A stretch of 64,000 bases of DNA from an uncultured Methanosarcinaceae archaeon (GTDB lineage Archaea; Halobacteriota; Methanosarcinia; Methanosarcinales; Methanosarcinaceae): assembly GCA_963833425.1 (NCBI GenBank), contig CAWHXP010000020.1:32001-96000 (forward strand). The letters run 5' to 3'. Positions 10,511 through 22,465 of this stretch are shown here, one piece after another (positions within the stretch are counted from its first letter, which is position 1; each line of letters opens with the position of its first letter). Under the pieces are notes generated by a model. It saw only the letters and a program-made list of their open reading frames with translations. It was not told the origin of the DNA and ran no database searches. A program made the position numbers and the translations under genes.

Positions 10511-11487
10511 CATATGTTAATAGACCTCTTTCAGGTCGTCTGGCAGCTTGATCGTGTCCATTCAAACGTAATACTATTTAAAATTTTTGATATATATAAC
10601 CCGAAAATAATTAGATACATAATTTAGCTTCTTTTGTAGGAGATAATTAGCTTTAAAACTTGAACTCATTATAACGGAAAAAGAGCTTGAAAATAAGAAA
10701 ATTGCCAGGTAATTATCCGGCAGAAGTGAAGTAATCATGAACATGATTTTCAGACGAGAATCTAGGTATTTTAAAAGCTTTTTTGATTTATTGTAGTCAA
10801 TGCAAGTGGAATTAAATGTAAAAATTGGCGATCTCAGAAGATATTAAAAAATCTCATCATTTAGGAAAGAATTTTTGTGAGATAACTGTTGGCTCAGCAT
10901 CCACTTTTATACAGCTAATGGAAAGAATACAGAATCAATCGGATTTTACTGAACCTTCAGTACACTACCCTAAATCAAAATTAGATTCTGAATTTGTTGA
11001 CCATACTGTTATTTCTTCATTCCTCTTAAATATTAAAACCTCTTTTAAACATAAAAATCAAACTGTAAATTAGGGAATTAATTTTTGCACTGTATTAGCT
11101 TTTTTCTTCACAATTTATATAATCTATTAAATTTAATAGCTAAAATATCGTCAAAAATTGAAAAAAATAATTATCTAAGAAGATCCTTGTTCAATTAATT
11201 CATAAAAATAGGTCAAAAATATTATGACAATAATATTGCTTTTCCATTTTTCTCAAATATGAAAACCTCCTTTCAAAATAAAAATCAAAACGTCAAATTG
11301 AGGATAAAAATGGATGACATCCATTTGGAAATAGAAAAATTGACGCTCATATCCCCCGGGTCATAACCCAGGGTTTTACGCTTCATCCGCCTTCTCGGAA
11401 CTTATTCTCGTCGTTAAAAAATGCTTAATTGTAGACATCATCTGGATATAAATTTTTAAATCGGTTTCAAATGAGGTTTGGCGTAAT

Positions 11488-12720
11488 TTAGTGGTGAATT
11501 GAGTCATAAGCACTCTCACCATGGATAGATATATCGAGACCTATGAGCTGTTCTTCATCTGAAGCTTTGACCGGAGTTATTAGATTTATGAATATCAGCA
11601 TGATATAAGTAAACACAAATGCATAAATCGAAGCACCAGCAACAACCACTATTTCTTTGATAAAGAAACCGGTTCCGCCATAAAGAAGTCCATTGGTCAC
11701 TGCCGGATTTATGACATTTGAAGCGAAGATTCCTAGGAAAATTGTCCCAGTCACTCCTCCAATTCCATGGACACCCCATACATCCAGAGCATCATCCCAT
11801 TCCATCTTATTTTTAATATGTACCGCAAAATAGCAGACAATGGCTCCGAGGATACCCATTAGCGCAGCTACTGGCAGGGACACGAAGCCTGCTGCAGGTG
11901 TGACAGTTGCAAGGCCAGCAACTGCTCCTGTCATAAGCCCTACAAACTTTGGTTTCGTTTCCTTGAACCAATCAACTATCATCCAAGTGATTGCTGCAAA
12001 AGAAGCTGCAACATCTGTGTTCATGAAAGCAAGTGAGGTAATTCCATCTACATGAAGCTCACTACCAGCGTTAAAGCCATACCATCCAAACCAGAGAAGT
12101 GCAGTTCCGATAGCCATTAAGGGAATGTTGTTTGGCTTTGAATGTTTATACATCCTTGAACCCACATAAAATACTGATCCAAGAGCTGCAAATCCCGCTG
12201 TCGCATGGACTACGATTCCACCTGCAAAATCAAAGATTCCCATTTTTGCAAGAAGGCCTCCTCCCCATATCATATGGACAAAAGGATAGTATACAAAGAG
12301 CTGCCAGCTGATTAAGAAGATGATGTAAGCCTTAAAAGTAATTCGATTTGCAAATGCTCCGGTAATCAGAGCCGGAGTAATGATCGCAAACATCATTTGG
12401 TAGGCTACAAAGACGAGTTCTGGGATTTCACCGTTTCCAAACATAGTAGTTGGAGTAATGCCGTGCAAAAACATTTTGTCCAAGTTTCCCATGATTGCGC
12501 CTTCTCCTCCGCTGAAGCACAGAGAATAACCAACTATAAACCATAATACAGTTGTCATCCCTAGAGAAACAAAACTCTGCATCATAATTCCTAAAATATT
12601 TCGCTTTGAGGCAAGACCTCCGTAAAAGAATGCCAGACCAGGAGTCATAAGCATCACAAGGCTTGTCGCAAGCAGCATAAAACCTGTTGAGCCAGTATTT
12701 AACATATATTCATCCCACAT
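11488..12720 (-). CDS. amtB: Ammonium transporter (Amt family); start probably 12705
   Basis: 'MTPGLAFFYGG', 'DFAGGIVVH', 'WFGWYGFNAGS', 'DDALDVWGVHG' with both channel histidines. Confidence 0.95.
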   Translation of the reverse strand: MWDEYMLNTGSTGFMLLATSLVMLMTPGLAFFYGGLASKRNILGIMMQSFVSLGMTTVLWFIVGYSLCFSGGEGAIMGNLDKMFLHGITPTTMFGNGEIPELVFVAYQMMFAIITPALITGAFANRITFKAYIIFLISWQLFVYYPFVHMIWGGGLLAKMGIFDFAGGIVVHATAGFAALGSVFYVGSRMYKHSKPNNIPLMAIGTALLWFGWYGFNAGSELHVDGITSLAFMNTDVAASFAAITWMIVDWFKETKPKFVGLMTGAVAGLATVTPAAGFVSLPVAALMGILGAIVCYFAVHIKNKMEWDDALDVWGVHGIGGVTGTIFLGIFASNVINPAVTNGLLYGGTGFFIKEIVVVAGASIYAFVFTYIMLIFINLITPVKASDEEQLIGLDISIHGESAYDSIHH

Positions 12721-13011
12721 AATTTATATTAGTAACTAGGAAGCCTCATATTCCTCTCCTTCTTCCTATTTATTTATATATAATATTTCCGATTTCCTAC
12801 AATAAAAAGATATTGCAGTTGCATGAGTTGATGCTTTAACTGACAAAAAAGTAAATTCACCTTATTTGACTAGATTAGCTAGCTATTTACTACTTTGGGA
12901 GTCTGAGAGTCTAAAATACTTCCACCTCTAGGTAGGGATGAACCAAAAAACTGGTCATGACAATCTACATGAGCATGATAAACCTTTTCAGAAAACTTTT
13001 GTAAAAATTAT

Positions 13012-14151
13012 TTAATTAATGTTCTCATTAATTTCTTCTTCAAACATTTTTCTAACAGCATTAGGCCCTTTTAGCTCTCCTGCGAGCCTGCGTAGTCTCT
13101 TAGTGTTGTTCCGGTACATATCATTTTTCAGGACTTCCCGAATGCATTCAAGAATGATTTCAGGAACAGTAGAATAACCAAGCATCATACCATAGCCTTT
13201 CTCATTGATCACTTTAGCATTATTCTCCTGCTCTCTGTGTTCTTTGTCAGGAAAAGAGAGGATAGGAATCCCGAAGCTAAGGGCTTCCATTATAGTACTG
13301 TGCCCACCCGGAGCTATGACTACGTCGGAACTTTTGAGGTATGGGAAAGCATCTTTTATAAAATTAAGGATTTGCACATTTTCTGGCAGATCAATCAGTT
13401 TTGAGGGATTAAAGGAAGGGCCTGAAATGAGTGTATAATGAATCGATGGATCGAGTTTTGCTGTTTCGAGCACTTTTTTGAAAATAAGTTCTCTATATCC
13501 GAACCCACCTATTAGAGAAACAATGTGTGGTCTCTTGAGAGGAATTTTTTCAACATCTTCATACTTTTCTTTTATAAGAGGGCCGCTGTAAAACACCTTT
13601 GCTTCGAATTTCGGGGTAAAACTCAGGTTTTCCTTGCAGACAGTATAGGGAAGTGGATAATCAGGAATAATCAGTTTGTCTACTTTTTCAAAAACCTGGT
13701 TGTAAAACTTTTTTGCAATTCCCCCAAGAATTCTGAGAGATACTCCGTTGTTTTCGAAAAATTCTTCCATATTTGATTGGTTGGTGATAAGATATATAGG
13801 AATTTTGAGCGTAAAGGCAGCAAGCACTCCCAGATAATAACTGTCTGAGAAAACGATATCAGGTTTTTTATCTTTTATAAGTCTTAGGAGCTTCGGGCCA
13901 CCCAGAATTTGGCTGCTTTTAAGAGTTGCTTTAATTGATCCTTTGATATCCAAGGCTCCTGCTTTTCCAACAAGTACTATTTCTGAAGGGATTTTATGCG
14001 CAGTGTACCCCGTTTTTTCTACCAACTCTTTTGAGTAGCCATAGGCTCCAAAGTGCACTTTGTGCCCAGCAGCAATAAACTCTTTCCCCAGCGCTAGGCA
14101 TCTACTTGTGTGGCCAAGCCCTTCTCCGCAGATTAAAATCATTATTATCAT
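13012..14151 (-). CDS. GT-B glycosyltransferase (MurG/GT28-like)
   Basis: 'GEGLGHTSR', 'GGHSTIMEAL', 'EQENNA'. Confidence 0.88.
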   Translation of the reverse strand: MIIMILICGEGLGHTSRCLALGKEFIAAGHKVHFGAYGYSKELVEKTGYTAHKIPSEIVLVGKAGALDIKGSIKATLKSSQILGGPKLLRLIKDKKPDIVFSDSYYLGVLAAFTLKIPIYLITNQSNMEEFFENNGVSLRILGGIAKKFYNQVFEKVDKLIIPDYPLPYTVCKENLSFTPKFEAKVFYSGPLIKEKYEDVEKIPLKRPHIVSLIGGFGYRELIFKKVLETAKLDPSIHYTLISGPSFNPSKLIDLPENVQILNFIKDAFPYLKSSDVVIAPGGHSTIMEALSFGIPILSFPDKEHREQENNAKVINEKGYGMMLGYSTVPEIILECIREVLKNDMYRNNTKRLRRLAGELKGPNAVRKMFEEEINENIN

Positions 14152-15018
14152 CTATTATATCTCCTTTTTCAAGATGGTTTATGCATGTCTTCACTACCTG
14201 CGATCAATAAGCTGCCGAAAGTTATGATGTGGAGCTTAAGCATTGAATTACAAAATCAGAGACGCGATATATCAAAAGTCACTTTCAAAAATGTGCATGT
14301 GAGCGATTTTGATCCTAAGTTTAGAAGTCCTATATTATAATTTCTTCATTATCAGTAGTTTCAATTTGCTGCAATTAGAATGAAGATTCATATTCGTTTA
14401 GAATTTTTCCTCAATTATTTAAATAAGAAAAACTTCATCTATACATCTAACGATTCCATTTTTTTTATAATCGCCTCTAGAAAATCAATAATTTTAAAGG
14501 CCTAAAGTAGAAATTCAGTATATTTTCCACTAAATCAGTTTGTGATTTTTTGAGTGGGTATCTTTTAGATTTATACCTTATTAATCGAAAACGAAGTGCA
14601 GATTTCTTTCTTGATTAAATTTCATTAAGTAGTTCAGGAGTAATTTTATTGGGATATTATATAATGTCTAAATTCCATCTGTTACTAGTCAATAATATCC
14701 TGCCAGATTACTGATTTCAGTTTGTATACTGTGATCTAAATAACTGACATTTAAACATTAAAAATGTTACACATGATACATAGAATTACAAAAATAGTTG
14801 TTTGCAATGGTAATTTTAAACATATCATCATCTTATACAGGATACCAATTTATCTTTAAGTTTTTCCTTCGCGGAAGTCCTGTTCAAATCTGTCTCTCTG
14901 ATTCATGTATTTGCACAATCTTTTTTCTATTTCATTATTCTTTGATTTTAAAGAAAGTCCTCGCTATTTTTTAATATTGTTTAAAATATTTCATAACTTT
15001 TCGGTATGATTTCCAAAA

Positions 15019-17316
15019 TTAAGCTGTCTTGTAGCCGCAGATTTCGTCTCCATTTTTTTCTGAATCATTCAACTCGATATACGCAAAAAAATTCCCCACG
15101 AGGCCTCCTAAGTTTTTTGGGTTGGCGTCAATGAATTCTTTTCTTTCTTCTGGAGGGAAATACTCAAAGACTGAAAATTTACCAAGCTTACGTATCTGGG
15201 AACCCTGATAGCGAGAATCCATCAAGATCCGAATTCCAAAATCCTCTGGAGAGCGGACAATTCTTCCTATAGCCTGCCTTACTTTTCTGATTGTTGGCAC
15301 CTGAATTGCAAATTCCCATCCATCCCCGCAATCGAAAACAGTATCATAAGCAGATTCTACTGCTTTAATTCGATCGTTTAGAGCCGGATATCCTACCCCT
15401 ACTACGATAACTGTCCTACCACGATTATCTCTGAAATCAACGCCTTCAGTTAATGTTCCCCAGAGATAAGTTATAAGTAAAGATTTTCCTCCTTGCTCCC
15501 CGATTCTGAAAAATTTCTGTCGGATTTCTTGTGTTGAACACCCTATCTCGTCAAGGAATATAGGAATAGAAAGCTCAGATTCAAGGATTTTAGCATAGCG
15601 GAGTGCCTCAGCATAGCTTTGAAAATAGATGATAACGTTTCCTGAAGATGCGACAATGGCTGCAAGAAGAGCTTCTTTCAAACTCTCCAGAGTTTCGGGA
15701 TTATCCCGATTTTTTGCAAAAAGAGGGGGAACCGAAACTGAAAGTGTAAGCCTTCTTTCTTTGGGAAAGGTAATGCCATAGGAAATTTCTTCGACCTCTC
15801 GGGAGATACCGAGTGTTGACTTGATCATCTCAAAGGGGCGAAGTGTAGCTGACATGAGCAATGCTGCATAAACGGAATCAAACAATGGTTGAGTAATATT
15901 TTTGGGAATACATGTGAAAAGTTCGATCCTGCTAACTAACCTATTACTTTTTAAATCCCTGCGCACATTCAAAATGGGGTAGTAGTTTTGTCTGTTTGAA
16001 AGTATAATATAAGAAGACAAAAAATCTGCAACATACCTGATATGAGAACGCTTATGGACTGAATGAATCCCTTTTTTATAATTTTCTGCATAGATTGCTT
16101 CCAGCCTAACTCCAAATTCTTTTATTTCTCTAAGTACGATCAGGATTTCCTCTTCATCTTCAAATCCTTCTTTCTTGGCATCCCGCAAAAAGTGAGCTTT
16201 CAGAATGTCGAGACGTTCATAGGGGTCACTGATCTGAATATCTCGCCATTTTTTACTAAGGCTGCTCTTTTCTCCGAACTTCAACTTTGAGTTATACGTG
16301 TTACTGAGAGTTTTCAACAGACAAGAAAATAATCTTTTGGCATAAAGTCTGACTGCATAGTCCTTGTCAAGTGGAATGCCATTTCTTGGGTTATTGACTA
16401 TTCCAAGTACCGAAGAGCTGCCAGGTTCGGAAATTTCGCCTACTTCATAAAGAGATTTCTCGATGGTCAGTTCGGATAGCATTATGGAAGAATGAGAACG
16501 AGCAGACGCCTCTATATTATGTGCCTCATCAAATATGAGGATAATATCTTCCAAGTCGCGTTCAAGCCACTTCAGAAGAGTCATGAAAATTTCGGCACTG
16601 AGTACATGGTGAAAATTGCATATAAGAAGTTCGGTATTTTTGAGTTCCCTTTTGAGCAGCTCATATCCACACATATCTTGGTCCTGTGCGTACTTCATCA
16701 CCTCCTCTGGACTCCTTACATCGGAAAAGAGCCAGGATGAAAATTCATCTCCTTCAAATTTCAGGACCTCATAGAGCTTGGAACAGTGATGATTCCTCAA
16801 AGACTGAGCCCTTTCCCGAGCTTCTTCGACTTCTTTATTAAGCTCATTCATGAGAGCAATAAAAGAAGTATCTTTTGTCTGTTTATATTTTTTATAAATT
16901 TCTTCAAGCTCTTTTTCCTTTGATGAAATTTCCCGTTCAAATTCAAGAAGTTCGTATGTATTTTCACCATTTAGTTTGCATTCATCATAATCGAGATTTT
17001 CAGGGCACATAGAAGTCTTGCCTTTAAGTACAATAGTTTTTAAATTATTATTTAAGGATATTTCTTTTGCTTCATTTATAAACTGGATCATCTGTTGGTG
17101 AACATTAGTAACTACCATGATAATTTTATTAAGATTCTTTCTTACATTCAGTGCAGGAACAAGTGCACTCAGAGTCTTGCCGGTCCCACACGCTCCCTCA
17201 AAAAGTATTATTTTCTCCTGTAAGAGAGCCGAGTTAATTTTCTCCATTGCTTCTGCTTGGTTTGGGTAGCAGTTTTTCTTAGCAAAATAACGCATATATT
17301 CTTTTTTTTGTGTCAT
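15019..17316 (-). CDS. XPD/Rad3/DinG-family Fe-S DNA helicase
   Basis: Q motif 'YPNQ', 'GACGTGKT', 'DEAHN', 'SATL', 'QAIGRIVR', four Fe-S cysteines. Confidence 0.93.
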   Translation of the reverse strand: MTQKKEYMRYFAKKNCYPNQAEAMEKINSALLQEKIILFEGACGTGKTLSALVPALNVRKNLNKIIMVVTNVHQQMIQFINEAKEISLNNNLKTIVLKGKTSMCPENLDYDECKLNGENTYELLEFEREISSKEKELEEIYKKYKQTKDTSFIALMNELNKEVEEARERAQSLRNHHCSKLYEVLKFEGDEFSSWLFSDVRSPEEVMKYAQDQDMCGYELLKRELKNTELLICNFHHVLSAEIFMTLLKWLERDLEDIILIFDEAHNIEASARSHSSIMLSELTIEKSLYEVGEISEPGSSSVLGIVNNPRNGIPLDKDYAVRLYAKRLFSCLLKTLSNTYNSKLKFGEKSSLSKKWRDIQISDPYERLDILKAHFLRDAKKEGFEDEEEILIVLREIKEFGVRLEAIYAENYKKGIHSVHKRSHIRYVADFLSSYIILSNRQNYYPILNVRRDLKSNRLVSRIELFTCIPKNITQPLFDSVYAALLMSATLRPFEMIKSTLGISREVEEISYGITFPKERRLTLSVSVPPLFAKNRDNPETLESLKEALLAAIVASSGNVIIYFQSYAEALRYAKILESELSIPIFLDEIGCSTQEIRQKFFRIGEQGGKSLLITYLWGTLTEGVDFRDNRGRTVIVVGVGYPALNDRIKAVESAYDTVFDCGDGWEFAIQVPTIRKVRQAIGRIVRSPEDFGIRILMDSRYQGSQIRKLGKFSVFEYFPPEERKEFIDANPKNLGGLVGNFFAYIELNDSEKNGDEICGYKTA

Positions 17317-17649
17317 GTGTTTAACCTGATATCTCCCCTACTCCGAAAGTCTTGTGTATTTTCAGACCCTTTGACTTTATGAACAAATCTCTCAAAATGT
17401 TAGTATTTCTGAAAATATTGTCAAATATATCCAAAGTTGGTTACATTCTTTAATTGAATAAAAACAGTGCCTAATACTAATAATCAACATAGAAAGGATA
17501 AGATTTATTTTTAGTTGTTGAGTGAAATTTTATTTTTGCTCTTCGAATTAAGAAAATAAATCTCTCAAAAAATTCAGAACAAAATCCAGATATATAGGAC
17601 CATCCAGTTGAACAATCATTGTTTATCTATAATACAATATCTACAAAGA

Positions 17650-17750
17650 CTCATTTTCCCATTCGCAGATAGCATCCATAACCCATAGCACCGTTTTTCC
17701 GAACGATGTCAAAGAACATTCAACATAGGGTGATTTAGGGATCAACTTCC
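17650..17750 (-). pseudogene. HxlR-type HTH regulator C-terminal relic
   Basis: 'PYVECSLTSFGKTVLWVMDAICEWE' resembles the HxlR 'VEYSLT..G..L...CEWG' pattern. Confidence 0.4.
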
Positions 17751-17920
17751 TTTAGGATTAACCATAATATTTATTAAGTTTCTTGCGCCGTTTAGTGAGC
17801 AATTTTGGAGAAACGCAATGTCAGCTTCGCCGAAACATTATAAAAGAAAATTCTCTGTTCGAGCTGCTAGAAAATAACAGGCGTCTATTTATCTACAATT
17901 ACATTCAAAGTACTTCAATC

Positions 17921-18773
17921 GGTTCCGTTGCAAAAATATCAGAATAAGCACGTAAATCATATGGATGATGAACAAAAGTCAAAATATCCGAGAAAAATGT
18001 ACCAATATTACAGAACTATTCCAAATAATTGATTGGTATATTTAGCTTCATTAAGACCCGAGTAGTTTAGATTCTTGATTTGTCCTTTTTTAACCATATT
18101 CAAAGCTTCAAATCCTTTTAAAATCTTAATTGCAGAGCGAAAAGACTGAAAGCTTAGCATTGGAGCAATTATCCACTTGATAGACCTATGATCTTGTTCT
18201 ACAATGTTATTCAAATACTTGACTTGTCTAATTTCAACCCTTTTAGAAACTTTTTTTCATTTTTCAATTCGTGTATGGCAATAGGATAAGCTGGATTCTT
18301 ATCAACTGTTATTGCTCTCGGCATTTGATTGTGATTTGAACTCAATGCTTTCTTAAGGAATCTCTTTGCAGCTTTTCTATTTAGTTTTGCACTTAACATG
18401 AAATCAATTGTGTTTCCATCTGAGTCAACTACTATGTAAATATATTTCCATTCACCTTTTATTTTTATATAAGTTCCATCAACTTTCCATGAATCGTTCG
18501 TTGGTCTTAAGTGCTTTCTTATCTTCTTTTCTATTTCAGGTGAATATTGATGCACCCATCTCATGATTGTCGGATGGTCGACATTTATTCCCCTTTCTGC
18601 CATCATTTCCTTTAAATTTCTATAGCTTAATGTATTTTTAAGTACCATCTTACGTTTAATAAAATAATTTCTCCTCATAGTGCTTCCATTTAAAGGAATT
18701 TACTGGCATACTATATGCTCCTAAATTTCTACTTTTTCAGTAAATCCCACTCATAATTTTTTGCAACGGAACC
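17921..18773 (-). mobile_element. IS6-family element, 853 bp, frameshifted transposase
   Basis: TIRs GGTTCCGTTGCAAAAA at 17921 and its complement ending at 18773; 'LSYRNLKEMMAERG', 'DKNPAY', 'NNIVEQDHR'. Confidence 0.9.
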
Positions 18774-19261
18774 CTTCGAAGAAGCTCCCTGAGAACTTCA
18801 ATATCAATAGACACAAGTAAAAAGGTAATGTCGGGATGGAAAATTAGTCAAAAAACAGATCATGAAATCAAACATGTAAATGCTTTGATAAGGCAATCAA
18901 ATAAAATGAGAAAGTCTGATTGTTATGCAACGGATAATGGGTAAGATTCAGAAAAAATACATTCTATTATTAGAGAATAAATCAAAGCAGATTCAATTAT
19001 ACCTGTAAGAGAGAAAAAAAGGAAGAAAATAAGGGGAAAATATAGAAAACAATTGAATCTGGTATTTAACAAAATTAAATATAATCAAAGAAATATTGTG
19101 GGGATAATATTTTCTAAAGTTAAAAGAAAATTAGGAGAAACATTAAGGTCAAGAAAATTCCGTTATCAAATAAAAGAGATTAAAATTAAATTAATAGTAT
19201 ACAACATAAACAAAACAGTTATAGAAATAATTTGCATCAAATTAAAGATTTCTACAGAGCC
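18774..19261 (+). mobile_element. 3' half of an IS5-family element truncated by the adjacent IS6
   Basis: 'SISIDTSKK...DSEKIH...YNQRNIV...VKRKLGE...QIKEIKIKLIVYNI' with stops; ends GATTTCTACAGAGCC. Confidence 0.7.
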
Positions 19262-19289
19262 AGTTTTAAGTATATTTTTGAACATATAG

Positions 19290-20681
19290 ATGCAAATGCC
19301 TGATATTCTTATAAAAAATACAAGAATATATCATAATAATTCCCTTCAGCCTGCAGAAATCATTATTAAAGACAGCAAGGTTATAAAAATTGGAAAAGAC
19401 CTCAGAGTATCGAGTTCTGATATGATCATAGATGCCGCCGGTGCTCTTACTCTACCTGCAGGAATTGACGTGCATGTTCACTTCAGAGAACCCGGCATGA
19501 CAACAAAGGAAAATTGGTACACAGGTTCTTGTGCTGCAGCTGCTGGAGGAATCACTACTGTCATAGACCAGCCAAATACTATTCCCCCTACAACGGACAG
19601 ACGATCTTTTGAACAAAAACTCAAACTTGCCAGAGGAAAATCTATTATTGATTTTGGGATCAATGGTGGGGTAACGGGGAATATAAATAATTTAGAAAAG
19701 CTCTGGAAATCAGGAGTTACTGCTTTTGGAGAAATTTTCATGGCTGAGTCTACAGGTGGGTTAAATATCACTGAAAAGGCATTCATTGAAGCCCTCTACG
19801 AAATTAAAAAATTAGGAGCCCTTGCAAGCATCCATGCTGAAGACGAATATATATGTATCGAGCTGGAAAGGCTTCTAAAAGGGTATATTTCTTATGACTA
19901 TCATTCAAAAGTACGCCCCAATGAATGCGAAGCAGTTGCTGTTCAAAAAGCCTTAGAGATTATTTCCAAACTAAAAGTTAAGGCACATCTTTGCCATATA
20001 AGCACCCTTGAAGCTATAGGTATTATAAGAAAAGAAAAATATCGTGCGATAAGGGAGAACAAAATACCTCTATCTACTTGTGAAGTTACTCCTCATCACC
20101 TTTTTCTTTCAATAAGGGACTGTGAGAGACTCAGATCTTTCGGCAAAATGAATCCACCTCTTCGGGGAAATCAAAGTATCAAAGCCGTAGTAAATGGGAT
20201 AAATGATGGAACTATTGATATGGTAGCTTCAGACCACGCTCCACATTTGGAATCAGAAAAGGATACTGATATAAGGTTTGCTCCCTCCGGTGTGCCTGGA
20301 GTTGAAACTCTTATGCCTCTCATGCTTGCCGCAGTAAGGAAAAATATCCTTCCCCTTGCACAGATGATAATGGTTACAAGCTGGAATCCAGCAAAGTCTT
20401 TCGGGCTTGATCTTCATGCCAAAGGTAGGCTTGAAGCAGGTTTTGACGCAGATCTTATAATTGTGGATCCCCGTGCTCTTCAACCTATTAAAGCTGAGAT
20501 GCTACATAGTAAAGCTGGCTGGACACCTTTTGAAGGCATGGATGCAGTCTTCCCTAAGTATACTTTATCCAGAGGTGAGGTTATATGGATTGAGGAATCT
20601 ATTAATGCAAAACCTGGGAGGGGCAATTTTCTGAAAGGGGAGGGGAAAAAATCAGAAGAAGACTTTGAAGAAACTGAATAA
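19290..20681 (+). CDS. pyrC: Dihydroorotase
   Basis: 'IDVHVHFREPG', 'CEVTPHHL', 'KMNPPLR', 'ASDHAPH'. Confidence 0.92.
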   Translation: MQMPDILIKNTRIYHNNSLQPAEIIIKDSKVIKIGKDLRVSSSDMIIDAAGALTLPAGIDVHVHFREPGMTTKENWYTGSCAAAAGGITTVIDQPNTIPPTTDRRSFEQKLKLARGKSIIDFGINGGVTGNINNLEKLWKSGVTAFGEIFMAESTGGLNITEKAFIEALYEIKKLGALASIHAEDEYICIELERLLKGYISYDYHSKVRPNECEAVAVQKALEIISKLKVKAHLCHISTLEAIGIIRKEKYRAIRENKIPLSTCEVTPHHLFLSIRDCERLRSFGKMNPPLRGNQSIKAVVNGINDGTIDMVASDHAPHLESEKDTDIRFAPSGVPGVETLMPLMLAAVRKNILPLAQMIMVTSWNPAKSFGLDLHAKGRLEAGFDADLIIVDPRALQPIKAEMLHSKAGWTPFEGMDAVFPKYTLSRGEVIWIEESINAKPGRGNFLKGEGKKSEEDFEETE

Positions 20682-20801
20682 AGCTCGATACAGAAGATGA
20701 ATAATATTTTTTTAGTAGAAAAAGAAATGTATTCATAAAAAAGTTTAGCTAGAATATTAAAGTGAAAAAATAAATATGTTTACGGAGAGCAGCTATTACT
20801 A

Positions 20802-21350
20802 TCAATACAAATCAATTGAGTCTAGCTGCGATTGCAAAAGTTCTTGATGCTTTTTTTCCAGGAACTTATAAACTGCACCGTGGGTAGCTCCATCAAGTAA
20901 CATCTTTATGGCTGTCCTTATTATAGTATTTTGTTCAGGGTGGCCAAGAATTGATACAGTTTTCCCGTATACTGAGATCTTGACGTTTATTAGAGTTTCT
21001 GCAAGCTCCCTAGTTCTCCCATTCCTTCCTATAATCCGGCCCTTTATGCGTTGGAGTTCTTTTGGAGTAGTAGCAATATCTGAAAGGTCAATGATCTCAA
21101 GCATAAGCATGTCATCTTCCAAAAGTTCAAGGGCTTTTTCGGGACTGAAACCTCTTCCGATAGCTTTGAGAGTTTCTAGAATCCTGAATTCTTTCAACGA
21201 ATCTCCTTCACAGGTGACATCTATTTTTCCACTGTCGCTGTCAATATCTAATTGACATACAGTTTTGTCCTCGATAAATTTTTTAGTTTCTCCTTTAGGG
21301 CCTATAATTGCTCCAACTCTTTCGTGGGGTATTTTGACATACTGAGTCAT
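20802..21350 (-). CDS. dim2: KH-domain pre-rRNA processing protein (Dim2/Pno1)
   Basis: Two GxxG KH motifs ('IIGPKG', 'IIGRNG'); start MTQYVK immediately after rio1. Confidence 0.9.
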   Translation of the reverse strand: MTQYVKIPHERVGAIIGPKGETKKFIEDKTVCQLDIDSDSGKIDVTCEGDSLKEFRILETLKAIGRGFSPEKALELLEDDMLMLEIIDLSDIATTPKELQRIKGRIIGRNGRTRELAETLINVKISVYGKTVSILGHPEQNTIIRTAIKMLLDGATHGAVYKFLEKKHQELLQSQLDSIDLY

Positions 21351-21351
21351 G

Positions 21352-22128
21352 TTATTCCGCCTGTATTTTTGTAAATAGTTCTTCAGGTTTGTCTTTGATA
21401 CCATAGCGTCTGAAGAACCGAAGTATATTTTGTATGTCCCTGTAGAGAAACTCTCGAGCATTAGGATGTCCCAGGGTCACAGATTGCCCCATATCAATGA
21501 ATATAGGAGCCAAATTATTTGGGTCAATTAAAATGTTGTACTCGCTCAAATCTGCATGTACAAGACTTGCTTTTTTGTAGAGGAGACGCATGTATTCGAC
21601 TATTGTGCCAAAAACAAGTTTTTGGTCATCGTTTTCAAGAGACGTATTCTTCAGGGAGGAATATGGTATCTCTTTTTCTCCCATAAACTCCATGATAAGA
21701 ATGTTTTTCTCGGCAAATATCGGCTCAGGTACCCGGACTCCTGCGCTTTTTGCACGTTTGAGGTTCTGAAACTCCTTACGTGTCCATGCAAAAATTATAT
21801 CTCTCTTGTTATTTCTAATGTTTGTGAAGCGAGGGTCTTTCATGATATAGGCGTCCATAGCCCTAAAAGTGCTGCTGGAAATCCTATATATTTTTACTGC
21901 CAGTTCTTTTTCCGGACCCTCCGCATAGAATACATTTGCTTCTTTTCCAGTACTAATGGATCCACCCATTGCTCTTATTATGCCCTTATTGGAGATAGTA
22001 TAAAGGAGCTTAAGGGTAGGTATATCAAATACATTTTCTTCCACTTTAAGCCGCTCGGAGTCTTTCTCCTTAGCGCGTAATCTGTCCCTAGAGCTATCTA
22101 TTCTCCTTATTTTTTCTTCCTGATCCAT
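21352..22128 (-). CDS. rio1: RIO1 serine kinase
   Basis: 'ISTGKEANVF', 'AVKIYR', 'LVHADLSEYN', 'IDMGQSV'. Confidence 0.95.
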   Translation of the reverse strand: MDQEEKIRRIDSSRDRLRAKEKDSERLKVEENVFDIPTLKLLYTISNKGIIRAMGGSISTGKEANVFYAEGPEKELAVKIYRISSSTFRAMDAYIMKDPRFTNIRNNKRDIIFAWTRKEFQNLKRAKSAGVRVPEPIFAEKNILIMEFMGEKEIPYSSLKNTSLENDDQKLVFGTIVEYMRLLYKKASLVHADLSEYNILIDPNNLAPIFIDMGQSVTLGHPNAREFLYRDIQNILRFFRRYGIKDKPEELFTKIQAE

Positions 22129-22135
22129 TCTTATA

Positions 22136-22465
22136 TTATCCTTTCAGGTACCCTTTTCTCTCAAGCCATTCTACCTGTGGCCTTGTGTACTTCCAGATTA
22201 CGTCTGCCTTTTCATTCTGAAATTCCCAGGGCACAATGATGACAACATCCCCTTCTCTGATCCATGTTTTTTTTTTCATTGAACCAGGGATTCTGCCCAT
22301 ACGTACGATCCCATCAATGCAACGAAGTCTCAATCGATTTGCGCCAAGAAGACTTTCGACTGTAGCTAGAATTTCATTATTGTCTCTACGCGGTGTGCGT
22401 ACCCTTGTAACTGTCTCTTCCATTTCAGACTTGGTTTTGGACGTAGGTTTCTTTAAGTCTGCCAG
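22136..22465 (-). CDS. eif1a: Translation initiation factor aIF-1A; start CTG 22465 or ATG 22423
   Basis: '[19 protein letters not shown]', 'WIREGDVV'; conserved eIF1A-rio1-dim2 gene order. Confidence 0.93.
   Translation of the reverse strand: MADLKKPTSKTKSEMEETVTRVRTPRRDNNEILATVESLLGANRLRLRCIDGIVRMGRIPGSMKKKTWIREGDVVIIVPWEFQNEKADVIWKYTRPQVEWLERKGYLKG

Noticed and set aside
11350..11385. IS200/IS605 end-like hairpin, with a second near 12920, as a transposon carrying amt
   Set aside because: Both are degenerate and nothing shows that they are paired ends.
21351..21461. N-terminal extension of the KH-domain ORF
   Set aside because: It overlaps rio1; the start at 21350 fits translational coupling.
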